Shown: positions 44,591 to 59,144 of the stretch, one piece after another
Layout of the letters: each line of letters starts with the position of its first letter
Numbering within the stretch: the stretch's first letter is position 1
NCBI GenBank assembly: GCA_951406725.2
Contig: OX597815.1
Location: 3,410,001-3,474,000 of the forward strand
From: Octopus vulgaris
Lineage: Eukaryota
DNA length: 64,000 nucleotides
Reading direction: 5' to 3'
Position numbers and translations under genes: made by a program
Notes under the pieces: model-generated
The model's database searches: none
Told to the model about the DNA's origin: nothing
Seen by the model: only the letters and a program-made list of their open reading frames with translations

Positions 44591-44790
44591 TGGTGGTGGT
44601 GGTGGTGGTGGTGGTGGTGGTGGTGGTGGTGGTGGTGGTGGTGGTGGTGGTGGTGGTAGTAGTGGTGGTGGTGGTGGTGGTATTGGTGGTGGTGGTGGTG
44701 GTGGTGGTGGTGGTGGTGGTGGTGGTGGTGGTGGTGGTGGTGGTGGTGGTGGTGGTGGTGGTAGTGGTGGTGGTGGTGGTGTTGTTGTTG

Positions 44791-44822
<32 letters not shown>

Positions 44823-44833
44823 GGTGGTGGTGG
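44591..44833. repeat. (GGT)n/(GTT)n microsatellite
   Basis: Directly visible. Confidence 0.97.
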
Positions 44834-45266
44834 TAAGGAGCTGTTCAGGAACCGCTAACAACAACACTGCCAAAAATCCACCACCTCCGTCACCTCCGCC
44901 GCAACCACCTGCTCTAACTACTAGAAATGCATTTCTCTCCCCACCACTCTTCCTCCCTCCCTCTCGTTCCCTTTCACCCTTTCTCCCTCTCTATCGCTCC
45001 CTTTTATTCTCTCTTTCTTTCTCTCTCTCTCTCCGCTTCTTGTAAGAAACTCATGTAAGAAATTCAACAACGACCAAGGTTTGGTGTAATGTTTGTTGGT
45101 CTACATCCAACTGTTTTGTCAGGTGCCGTGCCTCCCCCGCCCCCACCTTCTCCGTGTCTGTGTCCTTATATATGTGTCGCCATAGTTGTGTGTACGTGTA
45201 TGTGTGTGTGCGTGTGTTTGCGCGCGCATTTGGATGTGTGTATATATAAACATATATAATACATTA

Positions 45267-45349
<83 letters not shown>

Positions 45350-45813
45350 GATACATATGCATATATAGACATATATACATACATACACATATATACATAT
45401 ATACATACATATATATATATATATATATACATGTATGTATACGTATATATAATTATATATAACCATTATATATATGTGTATACTTTTATGTGTGTGTACA
45501 TATATATATATGTGTGTGTGTGTGTGTATGTATATGCGGTTTTCTCGCACCTATAGACAAATACAAAAAATTAAAATTATAGTAAAAATACATTGAATAA
45601 AATTAAAAATTAAAATTACAAAAAAAATGAAATAAAATTAAAGAATAAATAAAACTGACTAAAAACTAAAATAAATTTAAAATTAAATTATTGTTGAATT
45701 AAATAGTAAAACCGGGACACCAATAGAAAGAACAAATATATAAATAAATATATAGAAATAAATAATGTAAGTTCACAAAACACTACAAATACGGTAATTA
45801 ACGAAGAATTGAA

Positions 45814-46630
45814 GGCGGCGAGCTGGCAGAATCGTTAGCACGCTGGGTGAAATGCTGAGAGGTATTCCGTCAGCCGTTACGTTCTGAGTTCAAATTCCAC
45901 CGAGGTAGACTTTGTCTTTCATCCTTTCGTGGTCGATTAAATAAGTACTAGTTACGCACTGGAGTCGATGTAATCGACTTAATCCCCTTGTCTGTCCTTG
46001 TTTGTCCCCTGTGTGTTTAGCTTCTTGTGGGCAATAGAAAATAAGAAATACGCCGGGCGAAATGATAAGCGGTATTTCGTCTGCCGTTACGTTGTGAGTT
46101 CAAATTCCGCCGAGGTCGACTTTGCCTTTCATCCTTTCGCGGTCGATTAAATAAGTACCAGTTAACTGGGGTCTATAATCGACTTAATCCGTTTGTCTGT
46201 CCTTGTTTGTCCCCTCTGTGTTTAGCTCCTTGTGGGTAGTAAAGAAATAGGTATTTCGTCTACCGTTACGTTGTGAGTTCAAATTCCGCCGAGGTCAACT
46301 TTGCCTTTCATCCTTTCGGTGTCGATTAAATAAGTACCAGTTACGCACTGGGGTCGATATAATCGAATTAATCCCCTTGTCTGTCTCTGTTTGTCCCCTC
46401 TCTGTGTAACCCCTTGTGGGCAATAAAGAAATAAGAAACGTTAGCACGACGGGCGAAATGCCTATCGCTATTTCGTCTGTGTTCATGTTCAAATTCCGCA
46501 GAGGTCGACTTTGCCTTTCATCCTTTCGGGGTCGATAAATTAAGCACCAACCAGTTGCGTACTGGGGTCGATCTAGTCGACTGGCCTCCTTCCCCAAAAT
46601 TTCGGGCCTTAGGCCTAGATTAGAAAGGAA
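45814..46630 (+). mobile_element. SINE family A, tandem array of four units
   Basis: The block ttcaaattcc..gaggt..actttg.ctttcatcctttcg..gtcgat recurs near 45890, 46100, 46280 and 46490. Only the first unit has the complete head. Confidence 0.9.
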
Positions 46631-46993
46631 TAAATGAATAATTAACATAAAATAAATTAAATTCTACCAACTGAACTTTTCAGCCTAGAATATCGTTTAC
46701 GTATGTTGTATAAGAGTTGTTATCTCATTTTTGCACAATCACAAATTAGTTGGTTATCTGATACACACACACACACACACGTGTGTGTGTGTGTGTGTGT
46801 GTAGACTTGTGGTTTTCTGCGGGATTGGTATTTTCTTAAAGGCAATTTTTAAACGGAAACTAAATCGTTTTAATCGAGAAATGTAAGATAAAAAAAATTT
46901 TAAAAGACAACGAAAAAAATGAAGTTGATATCAGATTACAAAGATAATAGAGTAAAAACAATATCAAACAATTTGATCTTTATCTATCTATGT

Positions 46994-47077
<84 letters not shown>

Positions 47078-47366
47078 ACACACATACACAAATACGTATA
47101 TATACGTATGTATATACATAGAGTTTCTGTATGCATGGATATATAGAATGCATATATATGAGTGTGTGTGTGTGCGCGCGTTCGTGTGTGTGTGTGTGTG
47201 TGTGTGTACGTGTATGTGTGTTGTGTGAGTGTGTGTGTATGTGTTGTGTTAGTGTATGTGTGTGTGGTGTGTGAGTGTGTGTGTGTTCTGTGAGTGTGTG
47301 TATGTGTGTTGTGTGAGTGCATGTGTGTGTGTTATGTGAGTGTGTGCGTGCGTGTATGTGGGTGTA

Positions 47367-47404
<38 letters not shown>

Positions 47405-47694
47405 TGTGTGTGTGTGTGTGTGTGTGTGCGTGTATGTATTCGTCCAGCCATTTATTTATACTGGTTCCTAAAATCTCGAAATATTTCACAGACAAGTGTT
47501 TGATGGTAACCTATTTTTCACTTGCATAGATACACATGCGTGCACGTATACTAACACACTCACACACACACATGCACACACATCTACACACACACATACA
47601 TATATGCATATATATATATATATATGTGTGTGTATGTGTTTGTGTGTGTGCGTGTATACGTATATGTTTGCTTATATGTGTATGAGAGTGAGTT

Positions 47695-47725
47695 AGTAGA
47701 TAGAAACTGAAAGAAGCTTGTCGTA

Positions 47726-47758
<33 letters not shown>

Positions 47759-47972
47759 CTTTGTTTGTTCCCTCCATCACCACCACCACCACTGCTTGGC
47801 AATTCGTGTTCGTATTTATATTCCCGTGACGTAGCAGTCCGGCAAAAACGACCGATAGAATAAGCAACAGGCTTCAAATAACAAATGCTTGGGTCGATTC
47901 ATTCGACTAGAAATTCTTCAAGACGGTGCCCCAGCATGGCCGTAGTCAAAGTAAAAGATAAAAAAATAAAAG
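47695..47972 (+). mobile_element. SINE family B, diverged 3' part
   Basis: aaactgaaagaagcttgtcgta..accgatagaataag..gtgccccagcatggccgtagtcaa matches family B. Confidence 0.75.
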
Positions 47973-48189
47973 ATCTTCCAAATTAATTGGCCTCATATCT
48001 GTGAGGTTGTTTTTGTATACCTTGTTTAATGTTATCAGTCGCTTATTCTTATCCAAATGGCAATCATGTGTTTTATGGATCGATCCCACTGGACGGTGCT
48101 TTCATCAAGTGTCGTTAAGAAGATGCTTGGGGTTACTTGTGCATTGGGGGTGAAATTGGGTTCGACCAAACTGTGCAGAAGCACTTGGA

Positions 48190-48345
48190 ATGGCCCGTAT
48201 CTGCAATTATAGTGGTAGATTCTGGCAATTAATCATCTTCAACAAAACTCAAGTGGGGCCCACGATGGAGTGCTGTATCACAATGCAGTTCTGTACAACA
48301 TCTGGGATGCTGCTGCCTCAGCTACACATACCAGGACTGCATCTT
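48190..48345 (+). mobile_element. Possible highly decayed LINE RT-thumb fragment
   Basis: LIIFNKTQVGPTMEC...IWDAAA resembles the LYKxxVRPxMEY..IW motif of CR1/L2/Jockey-group RTs. The match is short and degenerate. Confidence 0.4.
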
Positions 48346-48869
48346 GAAACATTAAAAATGGCCATCCAACCTGATTGAAAGGAAGATGCTCACAAACATC
48401 GACTTGTTGTCTCATCTTTTGGGTGAAGGGCAAAGGAGTCAACTCTGAGAGGAAATCGAACCGAGAAAGAATTGCACGAGGGCGACCATTGAGCAAATTC
48501 ATTTCGTCTTTCGAAATTGAAGACGAATGCACAATGTTGTGACTGAGGACCACCGTCTGTTCCTCAGCCGTGAGAACGGCAACATTCACTTATTCATTCT
48601 GTGATAAACAGTGAGGTGAGTGTCTTGTCTAAGCAGAAAACTGACGGTTGCTGTTTCATCTTCTCTCGACCCTACCACCACCGTCCTCTATAAGTCCTAC
48701 AAAACTTTTATGGACCTCTGTCCTTCCGTACTGACTGATCTATAAACAAAATATCTGGCATTTTGCTACTCTTATATCGATTTGAAATTTCAACACAAAA
48801 CCAACACTTACGGGTGAAGGGTAAGTCGGTGAAGGGTAAGTCGGTGGAGGGTAAGTCGGTGATGGATAA

Positions 48870-49102
48870 GGCAGTGAGCTGGCAGAATCGTTAGCACGCC
48901 GGGCGAAATGCGTAGCGGTATTTTGTCTGCCGTTGTTACGTTCTGAGTTCAAATTCCGCCGAGGTCGACTTTGCCTTTCATCCATTCGGGGTCGATTAAC
49001 AAATACCAGTTACGCACTGGGGTTGATATAATCGACTTAATCCCTTTGTCTGTCCTTGTTTGTCCCCTCTGTGTTTAGCCCTTGTGGGTAGTAAAGAAAT
49101 AG
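48870..49102 (+). mobile_element. SINE family A, full copy
   Basis: Runs from head ggcagtgagctggcagaatcg to tail gtgggtagtaaagaaatag. It is preceded by a 15-bp tandem (ggtgaagggtaagtc)x3. Confidence 0.9.
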
Positions 49103-49118
49103 GTAAGTCGGTTACATG

Positions 49119-49272
49119 CACCCCAGTACTCAGCGGGTGATTATTTCATCGATCGCGAAAGAACGACAATCAAAGTCCACCTCGTCTGAATTTGAACTCA
49201 CAACGTAAAGACGGACGAAATGCCGCTAAGCATTTCATCTGGCATGTTCCCTATTCTGCCGGCTCGTCGCCT
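49119..49272 (-). mobile_element. SINE family A, diverged copy lying tail-to-tail with 48870-49102
   Basis: gaatttgaactcacaacgtaaagacggacgaaatgccgctaagcatttc..ctgccggctcgtcgcc matches family A. Confidence 0.8.
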
Positions 49273-49610
49273 TATCCGCTGCTATAACATTGCCATTTAT
49301 TTTCTCTACGTTGACAATTGCTCCTTCAAGTTTTAAAAACCGAAAATATTCCAGGAACTCCCCGATTCATGTCTCCAGAATGTGGTCTTTCATAAACCTT
49401 ACCAATTATTTTCGTTATTCCATACATCCACAGAGCAGTATTATATCTGGAATGCAATCACACACACACACACACTCACAAAGATAATATAAATGTTTAT
49501 ACACACACCTGCTTTAAACATTTATACCCAGACACACTTATTTATAAGCAGGATTGTTCAACATAAAATATTGTCTATAGTTTTATTGCTTATTATAGGA
49601 AACTATGCTT

Positions 49611-49649
<39 letters not shown>

Positions 49650-49933
49650 TGTTTGTCTAATATTATGTACATTTGGGGTGGATGAGTAAGTGGGTGTATA
49701 TAGATAAGCAAATAGTGGATAGCATTAGAGTTACTGCTGAGCGTGGAATGGTGTAGAATCAGAATTTGTTTGCATCTGTTTTATGTTATATATATATATA
49801 TATTTACTCACACACAGATGGAGAGAGAGTTTTATAGATAGACAAATAGAGAGAGAAAGACAGAGAGAGACTGACTGGTAGATGCATATTTTCATACATA
49901 TATATGTACACACACATACGTATATACACACAC

Positions 49934-50022
<89 letters not shown>

Positions 50023-50311
50023 CATATGCATACACACGCATATGCGCATGTATGTATACAAGCATATATAAACCGACTGGCAGACAGGCACAACAGTCAG
50101 ACACATAGAGAACGGAGGATAGAACGAAAAATGACGAAGAAAAAAATAACAAAACAAGCAATGCAGAAAACTAAGAAAACTCAGGAAAAGAAAAGAGAAA
50201 AATAGCGGAAAATTTGCAGAAAAACCATAGAAATAACTGGAAGAAAATTGCATTGTGTTTAGTCATCTCCAGATTTCAGAGAAGAGTTCATCATTGTCAC
50301 CCTTACTATTA

Positions 50312-50346
<35 letters not shown>

Positions 50347-50833
50347 GGATAAACTTGCATTCATTTGTGCAGCCGACAAGTGAAGAGCACAAACAGCTGA
50401 AATAGCAGTCAAGAGAGCGCTGCTATATTCAGTATTGAGAAGGATTACGGCAGTGCGACAGTTATCATCCGTATCGATCTTGTTCTTGTTGTTATTCTAA
50501 TTATTATGAGCGTAATTTTGTTATAGGCTTGCCAAAGGGAAAAAAAATGGATACCGGAAGTGTCTCACCGGAAATGTTGTAAAGAGCCGGAAAACAGTCA
50601 GTTAAAGGTGAGTGATAAGATCATAACAAAAAGAGTTTCGAATAAAGAACGAAAGAAAGAAGGAAAGAAAGAAAGGAAGAAGAAGAAGAAGAAGAAGAAG
50701 AAGAAGAAGAAGAAGAAGAAGAAGAAGAAGAAGAAGAAGAAATATGGTTGGAATTATCAAATAGAATTATGTCCGCCCCCGACACACAACCAACACCTCT
50801 GTTTTTTGTTTGTTTGTTGTTGTTGTTGTTGCT

Positions 50834-50880
<47 letters not shown>

Positions 50881-51281
50881 CTATTCTTGTCTTTAACTCG
50901 AGATAGCAATAATTGTAACAACAGTTATGTTAATGAGGCAGAGAGAATAAATCTGAAAGAAACTTGGAATAAACGAAAGTTTGAGCGAATAAGAAACGGC
51001 AGGAGGTGGGGGTGGGGGGTTTGCTTCGTGTGTGTTTTATTATTTAATCACCGAGCAAATGGGAGGTAGGAGGAGGGGGAGTAGGAGGAGGAGGAGGAGG
51101 AGGAGGAGGAGAGAAAGAAAAAGAAAGAGAAGATAGGGAAGTAATAATTTTTATGTGAAAAGTTGGTAAATAGACGAGCAAGTGCGTGAGAGATTGTGTG
51201 TGAGAGAGAGGGGGGAAGAAAGAGAGAATGACAGAGAGACAGACGGAGAGACAGAAGTGAGAGGTAGATGATAGAGAGAGA

Positions 51282-51313
<32 letters not shown>

Positions 51314-52195
51314 AAGAGAGACAGATAAATGAAACGACAGGGAGCCGGAGAGAGATAGATACAAGGAAAAAGAGAGGGGGAGCAAAAAGAAAGAGAGACT
51401 GAAAGAGAGACAGAGAGAGAGACAGAAGTGAGAGATCGATGATAGAGAGAAGAAGAAAGAAACAAAGAAAGAAAGACAACTAAAACGCCAGGGAGACAGA
51501 GAGATAGATACAGAGAAAGAGAGAGAAAGAGAGAGAGAGTAAGAGAGAGAGTAAGAGAGTAAGTGAGTGCGAGAGTAAGAGAGAGAGTAAGAGAGAGAGT
51601 GAGAGAGTAAGAGAGTAAGAGAGAGAGAGAGAGTAAGAGAGAGTGAGAGAGTGAGAGAGAATGTGAGAGAGTAAGAGAGAGAGTGAGAGAGAGAGCGTGT
51701 CGCACACCTACACAGACGTTTTGTGCTGACACAAGCAGAAGACGAAGAAAGAGTGAAAGGAATGAATCTTAAAAGGATGGCGGGTGGGGGGGGGGGCGGT
51801 TGGAGGTTGAGATAGCGGGGGGGGGGGAGTATTGGTGGTGGTGGGGGGCACGATGGGGTTGGCGGTGAACACTAAGAAAAATAAAGAAATTAATCCAGCA
51901 ATAGGACCTAGGCAAAGACATTTCAATGATATTATTATTCGAAAGTTGTCAATACGTCAATCTTCAAAGCAGATAATGGTTAAAAGAGGCCGCTCTCTTG
52001 CCAGCGGCCAGCGCCATCTATTCTCTCCATTAGCCTGTCTATAAAAAAAAAACCACCCCCACACCTCCTTCAACAATAGCCACCACCACACCACACCCCC
52101 CCACCACAAAAACTTCCTCTTTTCATCTTTTTATTCCGTTATTGTGTGCTTTCTTCCTAACTTTCAGGTTGTTTTTTTTGCTTTCTTTCTTGTTT

Positions 52196-52196
<1 letters not shown>

Positions 52197-52267
<71 letters not shown>

Positions 52268-52440
52268 GACATCGTCATTATTAGCATCGCTACCATTATC
52301 GCCACCACAACTACCATCAACACCACCAACTTAGAATCATCATTATCATTATCATCACCATGAGCATGATCATCATCACCATCATCATCATTATCATCAT
52401 CACCATCGTTATCATCATCATCATCATCATCACCATCGTT

Positions 52441-52494
<54 letters not shown>

Positions 52495-52853
52495 GTTATC
52501 ATCATCACCATCATCACCATCGTTATCATCATCATCATCATCATCATCACCACCTCATGATAATCATCATGATCATCGTCATCGTCATCATCATCATTAT
52601 CATCAACAGCATGATCATCATCACCTTCATCATCATTATCATCATCATCACCTTCATCATCATTATCATCATCATCACCATCATGACCATCGTCATCATC
52701 ATCATCATCATCATTATCATCATCATCATCATCATCGTCGTCATCATCATCATCATTGTCGTCATCCTCAACATCATCATCGTCATCATCATCAGCAGCA
52801 GCAGCAACAGCAGCAGCCGCAGCATCATCGTCGTCCTCTTCATCATCGTCTCA
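52197..52853. repeat. Degenerate (ATC)n array
   Basis: Directly visible. Confidence 0.95.
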
Positions 52854-52934
52854 TAATATCACCAACAACCCCAATAGAAATAATGAAAATGGTATCTTCT
52901 TTAATAATAATGATTTAACAATAATAATAATAAT

Positions 52935-53155
52935 CCTTTTTACTATTGGCACAAGGCCTAGAATTTGGGGAGGGTAGGGGACTGGTCGATCACATCGACT
53001 CCAGTGTTAAACTGGTAAATATTTTATCAACTCCTAAAGTATGAAAGGCAAAGTTGACCACGACAGAATTTGAACTCAGAACGTAAAGGCAGCCGAAATG
53101 CCGCTAAACACGATGTCCAGCGTAATACATACGATCCTGCCAGATGGCCCGCTTC
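52935..53155 (-). mobile_element. SINE family A, diverged copy
   Basis: atgaaaggcaaagttgacc..gaatttgaactcagaacgtaaag..ccgctaa matches family A. Confidence 0.78.
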
Positions 53156-53163
53156 ATGATAAA

Positions 53164-53317
<154 letters not shown>

Positions 53318-53838
53318 TACATAATGATTGGAAGTATAATCATGTATATTGTTTTGTCTTGGTATAAAAAGATGGGTTACAGAAAATATTCTGCTCAATA
53401 CCACAGATTTGCTATTTGCTTGTCAGTTGTTTGACCTTAACCAGTTGAGCATGTCCCTTAGTGGCTGACGATATGTGCATCATTGATCACAAGCAGAAGT
53501 GATGGGGGAGCATCATAGCCGTGTGTTGAAAGGAATTCTTGAAGGTTTGGATAATTCACCTTTGGAAACATGGGTGGTTCGTTCAACATCCTTAAACAAT
53601 CCTTATTCAGGGATCTTTTGAGTGGAATGGGTTACTCGACCAGAAAAAATTCTAACTGTATGTAATAATGTACATATTTTCTCATCTCTTAAATATATAT
53701 TAAGAACTGAATTATACATATATATATATATATATATAGTTAATCCAAACAAGAAAAACAAGCAAGAAAAAACAACAACGCGAGGACGTGGAATATATAT
53801 ATATAATTTATTTAAAAGCAGCAGAAATTTAACAAAAG

Positions 53839-53876
53839 CGGTTACTCGGAGTTTCACGTTCCCGTTCGTCGGACAG
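53839..53876 (-). ncRNA. Minimal hammerhead-like motif, CCGACGA core variant
   Basis: Reads CUGU CCGACGA ACG GGAA CGU GAAA CUCCGAG UA ACCG. Confidence 0.55.
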
Positions 53877-53935
53877 TTTTGTTTTAACAAAATGTCCGAG
53901 TAACATCTTTTGTTTCACATCTATGTGTTTACTCC

Positions 53936-54003
<68 letters not shown>

Positions 54004-54014
54004 TATATATATAT

Positions 54015-54049
54015 ATTTCTGACGAAGAGCTCCGCTCGAAACGTGAAAT
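54015..54049 (+). ncRNA. Minimal hammerhead motif
   Basis: Reads AUUU CUGACGA A GAGC UCC GCUC GAAA CG UG AAAU. The cleavage triplet GUG is non-permissive, so this copy is probably decayed. Confidence 0.62.
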
Positions 54050-54299
54050 CCTCTTTCCTTTCTTTCCTTTCCTGAGCGTCCAATAACACTGTACTTATTC
54101 CACGTCCTCGCGTTGTTGTTTTTTCTTGCTTCTTCTTGACATTTGGTGCATGAGGGAGTTATACATATATATATATATATTGATAAATCCTTAAATCCTA
54201 GAAAATGTTTCAGTCCGAAAGCTGCGGCTATGCTGGGACACCACTGTTGAATGAGTTACACTAGTGTGTGAAACCCCCTCCGACACATGACACTCGGTC

Positions 54300-55074
54300 A
54301 ACAAGGGAGTTCGACGCCTTTGGCACCATGCGGTGGCGCCCCGTTCTGCTGTTGTGGTAACTTTCAATGCCAAAATTTGGGACAAGGCACTCCAGGATTT
54401 TCCAGTTGTATATCACTGCATATCTCTCCCGCCTTCGCTCCAGGGAGAAGAGTTTTAATACTTTCAGTCTTTCCCAGTAGCTGATATTTTGCATTGAGTC
54501 GATCTTCTTAGTGTAGCTTTGTTGAGCTGCTTCGAGTTTTGCTGTTAACCTTATAATGTGTGGTGACCATTGTTGGAAGCAGTAGCCCAAGCCGCTGAGG
54601 ACGAATGTCTTCCAAAGGACCATCAGTGTCTTCTTCTCTCTTGTTCTGAAAGTTCGGAGAATCCATCCAGCTAGCCGTCTGCATTTTATCACCAGATTAG
54701 TAATATGCACTTGGAAAGATGCATCATTGCTCATGTCAATGCCCAGGTCACGAACTGATTTTGACTCAGGAATTGTAATTTTTCCCGGGCCTGTGTATCC
54801 GGTCTGCATGTCTTTCAGCTTTGTGTGCCGGTAGCGCAGGGCCTGGAACTTACCTGCATTAAACTGCATGTTGATGTCCTCAGCCCACCTGTATATTGCA
54901 TCCAACTCCCGTATATTGCAGATGTGCAATATTTCCAGGGTTTTGTATTGTCTGAGAGACTTTTGTGTCATCAGCATAGCTATCAAGGGTGGCCATCTTA
55001 ACAACTGAGGGCATGTCTGAAAGGGCCACTGTGAACAGTAGTGGCCCCAAGAAAGTGCCCTGTGGAACACCACT
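54300..55074 (-). mobile_element. Decayed CR1-like LINE RT fragment
   Basis: GVPQGTFLGPLLF..YADDTK (ORF 54880..55197) frameshifts into NMQFNAGKFQAL..VRDLGI..GWILRTF..LERRRERYAVIY (ORF 54261..55073). Confidence 0.9.
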
Positions 55075-55107
55075 TAATATATATTTATATACAAATGTAT
55101 ACATATA

Positions 55108-55140
<33 letters not shown>

Positions 55141-55142
<2 letters not shown>

Positions 55143-55216
55143 TTTTATTCTTTTTTTTACTTGTTTCAGTCACTTGACGGCGGCCATGTTGGAGCATCGC
55201 CTTTTGTCAAGTCGTT

Positions 55217-55271
<55 letters not shown>

Positions 55272-55318
55272 GACGCGCTCCTTCCAGTTTCCGTCTACCA
55301 AATCCAATCACAAGGCTT
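55141..55318 (-). mobile_element. SINE family B, internally deleted copy
   Basis: The tail acttgtttcagtcacttgacggcggccatgttggagca and core cagtttccgtctaccaaatcca are present. Confidence 0.72.
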
Positions 55319-55386
55319 CGAGAGACAGAGACAGAGAGAGAAACAGACAGTCAGACTGAGAGATAGATAGACGAACGGACAGACAC

Positions 55387-55418
<32 letters not shown>

Positions 55419-55419
55419 G

Positions 55420-55476
<57 letters not shown>

Positions 55477-55650
55477 GGATGGATGGATGGATGGATGGAT
55501 GGATGGATGGATGGATGGATGGATGGGTGGATGGATAGCCAGACAGACAGACAATCTTTAAGGAATGATAAAGAAATACATCTTTAAATATGTTGTTTTT
55601 AGAGGTTTGTAAGAAAATTTCCAAATGAGTAGGAGAGGGGTGGGGAATGT

Positions 55651-55689
<39 letters not shown>

Positions 55690-55695
55690 AGTGAA

Positions 55696-55736
<41 letters not shown>

Positions 55737-56520
55737 AAGAAAGAAAGAAAGAGAGAGAGGGAAGTTAATGAATATGGGAAAGAAGACAGAGAGATGCAAC
55801 TGCCCTGGAGGTAGGAGTGTGACTTAGGGGCGGGAGGCCGCCATGTATACAGCATGGTCCCTTGTGAAGGGGACAACCCGCTGACACCTCTCTAGTGGCT
55901 AATTGTCAGGGACGTCGGTATTAGGAGGATTCATGGGGAATGACTGTGACCACGATGATGGTGGGGATCATCATCATCATCATCATCACCATTATCATTA
56001 TCATGACGGCTACGAGGATGATGGTGTCTATGACGATGATGATGATGATGATGTTGATGACGATGATGATGATGATGATGATTATAACAATGATGATATG
56101 AAAGGTGATTAGGGTAAGATACATAATAACGATGAGCATAATGAGGATAGGTTTGGTGGTGGTGGTGGTGGTGGTGGTGGTGACGGTGGTGGTGACGGTG
56201 GTGATGGTGGTGGTGGTGGTGGTGGTGGTGGTGGTGGTGGTGACGGTGGTGACGGTGGTGATGGTGGTGATGGTAGTGGTGGTGGTGATGTTGGTGGTGG
56301 TGGTGGCGGTGACGGTGATGGAGGCGGGGGTTTTGGGTGAATCTTATCTTGGATTATTGTTCCCAGCATCAGTGATGACTGATAGTTATGTTGTGGCTAT
56401 TTTTACTGGTTATTGATGGCGGCGGCAATGGCGGTGCAGATGTTGGTTGATGTTGGCGCTGCCGGTGCCGGGATGTTGTTTTCGAGTGGTCTTAAGGAGT
56501 GGTTATTACTGCTCTACTGC

Positions 56521-56552
<32 letters not shown>

Positions 56553-57076
56553 CGATGATGATGATGATGATGATGACGACGACGATGGCGGTGTTGTTGG
56601 GCCTTGACTGAAGTGTCGTTAGTGGTCTCCGTGACGTTAATGGCGGTGTTGATGGTGATTAGATGGCGGTGGTTGAGAGGGTGGTGGTGGTGGTGATGGT
56701 GGTGGTGGTGGTGATGCTGGTGGTGGTGGTGGTGGTGGTGATGCTGGTGGTGGTGGTCTAAGAGATGTTGGTGGACAAAATAATGATTGGAAGTTGATGG
56801 AGTTTTGTCGCCATATTTTTTTTTTGTGTGTGCACCACTCCTAACAATTAGCGAAGGTGTTAATAAGTGGTGCTCCACATTGTAGATGTGGTGGTGGGGG
56901 GGCACAGAGGCAGTCCTCCACACACACACACACACAGACACACACACACACACACACACACGTACATATATGCATACATGTGTGTGTGAGTGTGTGTGTT
57001 TGTGTGTAGAAATACTTGCGAATATACTACTTAAAAATACATATATAGTACATACACACACACACATATATATGTG

Positions 57077-57121
<45 letters not shown>

Positions 57122-57183
57122 GTCTTTTTTATTTGATCCTGAAAATATATATATGTATAAATATATATGGAAATACACAATAT

Positions 57184-57258
<75 letters not shown>

Positions 57259-57940
57259 GATAGATTCTGTAAGTGAAACTGCATGTGTGTACTTGTATGT
57301 GTGTGTGTATATATACTTGAGTGTACAAGCGTGCTTTAGGTACATAAACGTTCTTTCCCTGTCTCTCTCTCTCTGCGCACACACATCCACACACATATAT
57401 GCGTGTATATATTCATATATAATACACATAATATATTTTCATATAAACCACACATTTATATACATACACTTTAAAAATTTACCTTCATACACATATGCCT
57501 ACCTACATAACAACGTATCATACATACATACATACATACATATATATACATACATACGCACTCACAGATCCATCCATGCCTGTATACCCGAAGCTAGCTC
57601 ATTTACCAATATCCTGAAGGCAGATTTCTCATAATTAACACGCAATCCTCACCGCTGTTGGTCATTTAAAATATCGTTTGATTTCAAACTTTCGCTGCTT
57701 CTCCTTCCACTTATTCTCCATCTCTCATTCCGCATTTTCACCAATCTATTCTTTATAACATATTTACTGATTTTTTTAAATCTTTTTTTTTTCTAACATA
57801 TTTTCTCTCTCTTTTTTTTTTCTCTTTTTTTTTTTTGCGTTTCAGAAATTCATTCCGTCTTTTTCCTCGCGACTCCATTCTCTCTCATCATAAGAGTTAC
57901 ATACATCATTATTTTAAAAAAAAGTTTGATTCGGTTGCAT

Positions 57941-57988
57941 GCAACTCAAAGTTTCGTAGGCTCGTCATAGGATCCTAGCTCGTCAGGC
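57941..57988 (-). ncRNA. Hammerhead motif
   Basis: Reads GC CUGACGA G(C)UAGG..CCUAC GAAA CU UUG AG UU GC. Stem I is only 2 bp. Confidence 0.55.
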
Positions 57989-58054
57989 TCAGGCGACTGA
58001 ATATATGTACATATGTATATAGGTATTTGGATAGATATGTATTTACACACGCAC

Positions 58055-58442
58055 ATACATACATGCATGCATACATACATACATACATACATACATACAT
58101 ACATACATACATACATACATACATGCATGCATGCATACATACATACATACATACATACATACATACATACATACATACATACCTACATACATACATACAT
58201 ACATACATACATACATACATACATACATACATGCATACATACATACATACATGCATACATACATACATACATACATACATACATACATACATACATACAT
58301 ACATACACACATACATACATACATACATACATACATTCATACATACATACATACATACATACATACACACATACATACATACATACATACATACATACCT
58401 ACATACATACATATATACATACATAAATACATACATACATAA

Positions 58443-58473
<31 letters not shown>

Positions 58474-58985
58474 CATACATACACACATAAATACATACAT
58501 ACATACATACATGCATACATACATACGCACATACATACATACATACATAATACATACATACATACACACATACATACATACATACATACATACATACATG
58601 CATACATACATACATAGATACATAATACATACATACATACACACATACATACATACATACATACATACATACATACACACATACATACATACATACATAC
58701 ATACATACATAGATACATACATACATACATACACACATACATACATACATACATACATACACACATACATACATACATACATACATACATACATACACAC
58801 ACACATACATACATACATACATACATGCATACATACATACATACATAATACATACATACATACACACATACATGCACACATACATACATACACACATACA
58901 TACACACATACATACATACATACATACATACATACATACATACATACATACATACATACATACATACATACATGCATACATATGC
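58055..58985. repeat. (TACA)n tetranucleotide array, about 0.9 kb
   Basis: Directly visible. It produces the YVCM/HTYI ORFs. Confidence 0.97.
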
Positions 58986-59107
58986 ATGTATATACACACA
59001 CAAATAAGTATATTATTCTTAAACAAGAGTATTATTGGCAATGACTTCGAAATTTTGGTGTTTCCTGTTTGGTAGGCACTTACAGGGTATGCCAATAGTT
59101 ATAGTAA

Positions 59108-59140
<33 letters not shown>

Positions 59141-59144
59141 GAAA

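Noticed and set aside
45814-46630. Regularly spaced repeats resembling a CRISPR array
   Set aside because: Units are about 200-bp SINE bodies with no unique spacers, in a eukaryotic context with no cas genes.
48812-48860. 15-bp tandem repeat (ggtgaagggtaagtc)x3 encoding PSPTY
   Set aside because: It is a local minisatellite at a SINE insertion site; part of it recurs after the SINE like a target duplication. Not coding.
53370-53660. Complex sequence containing CUGACGA that looks like an interspersed repeat
   Set aside because: Single copy in the window with no downstream stem II-GAAA; I cannot assign a class.
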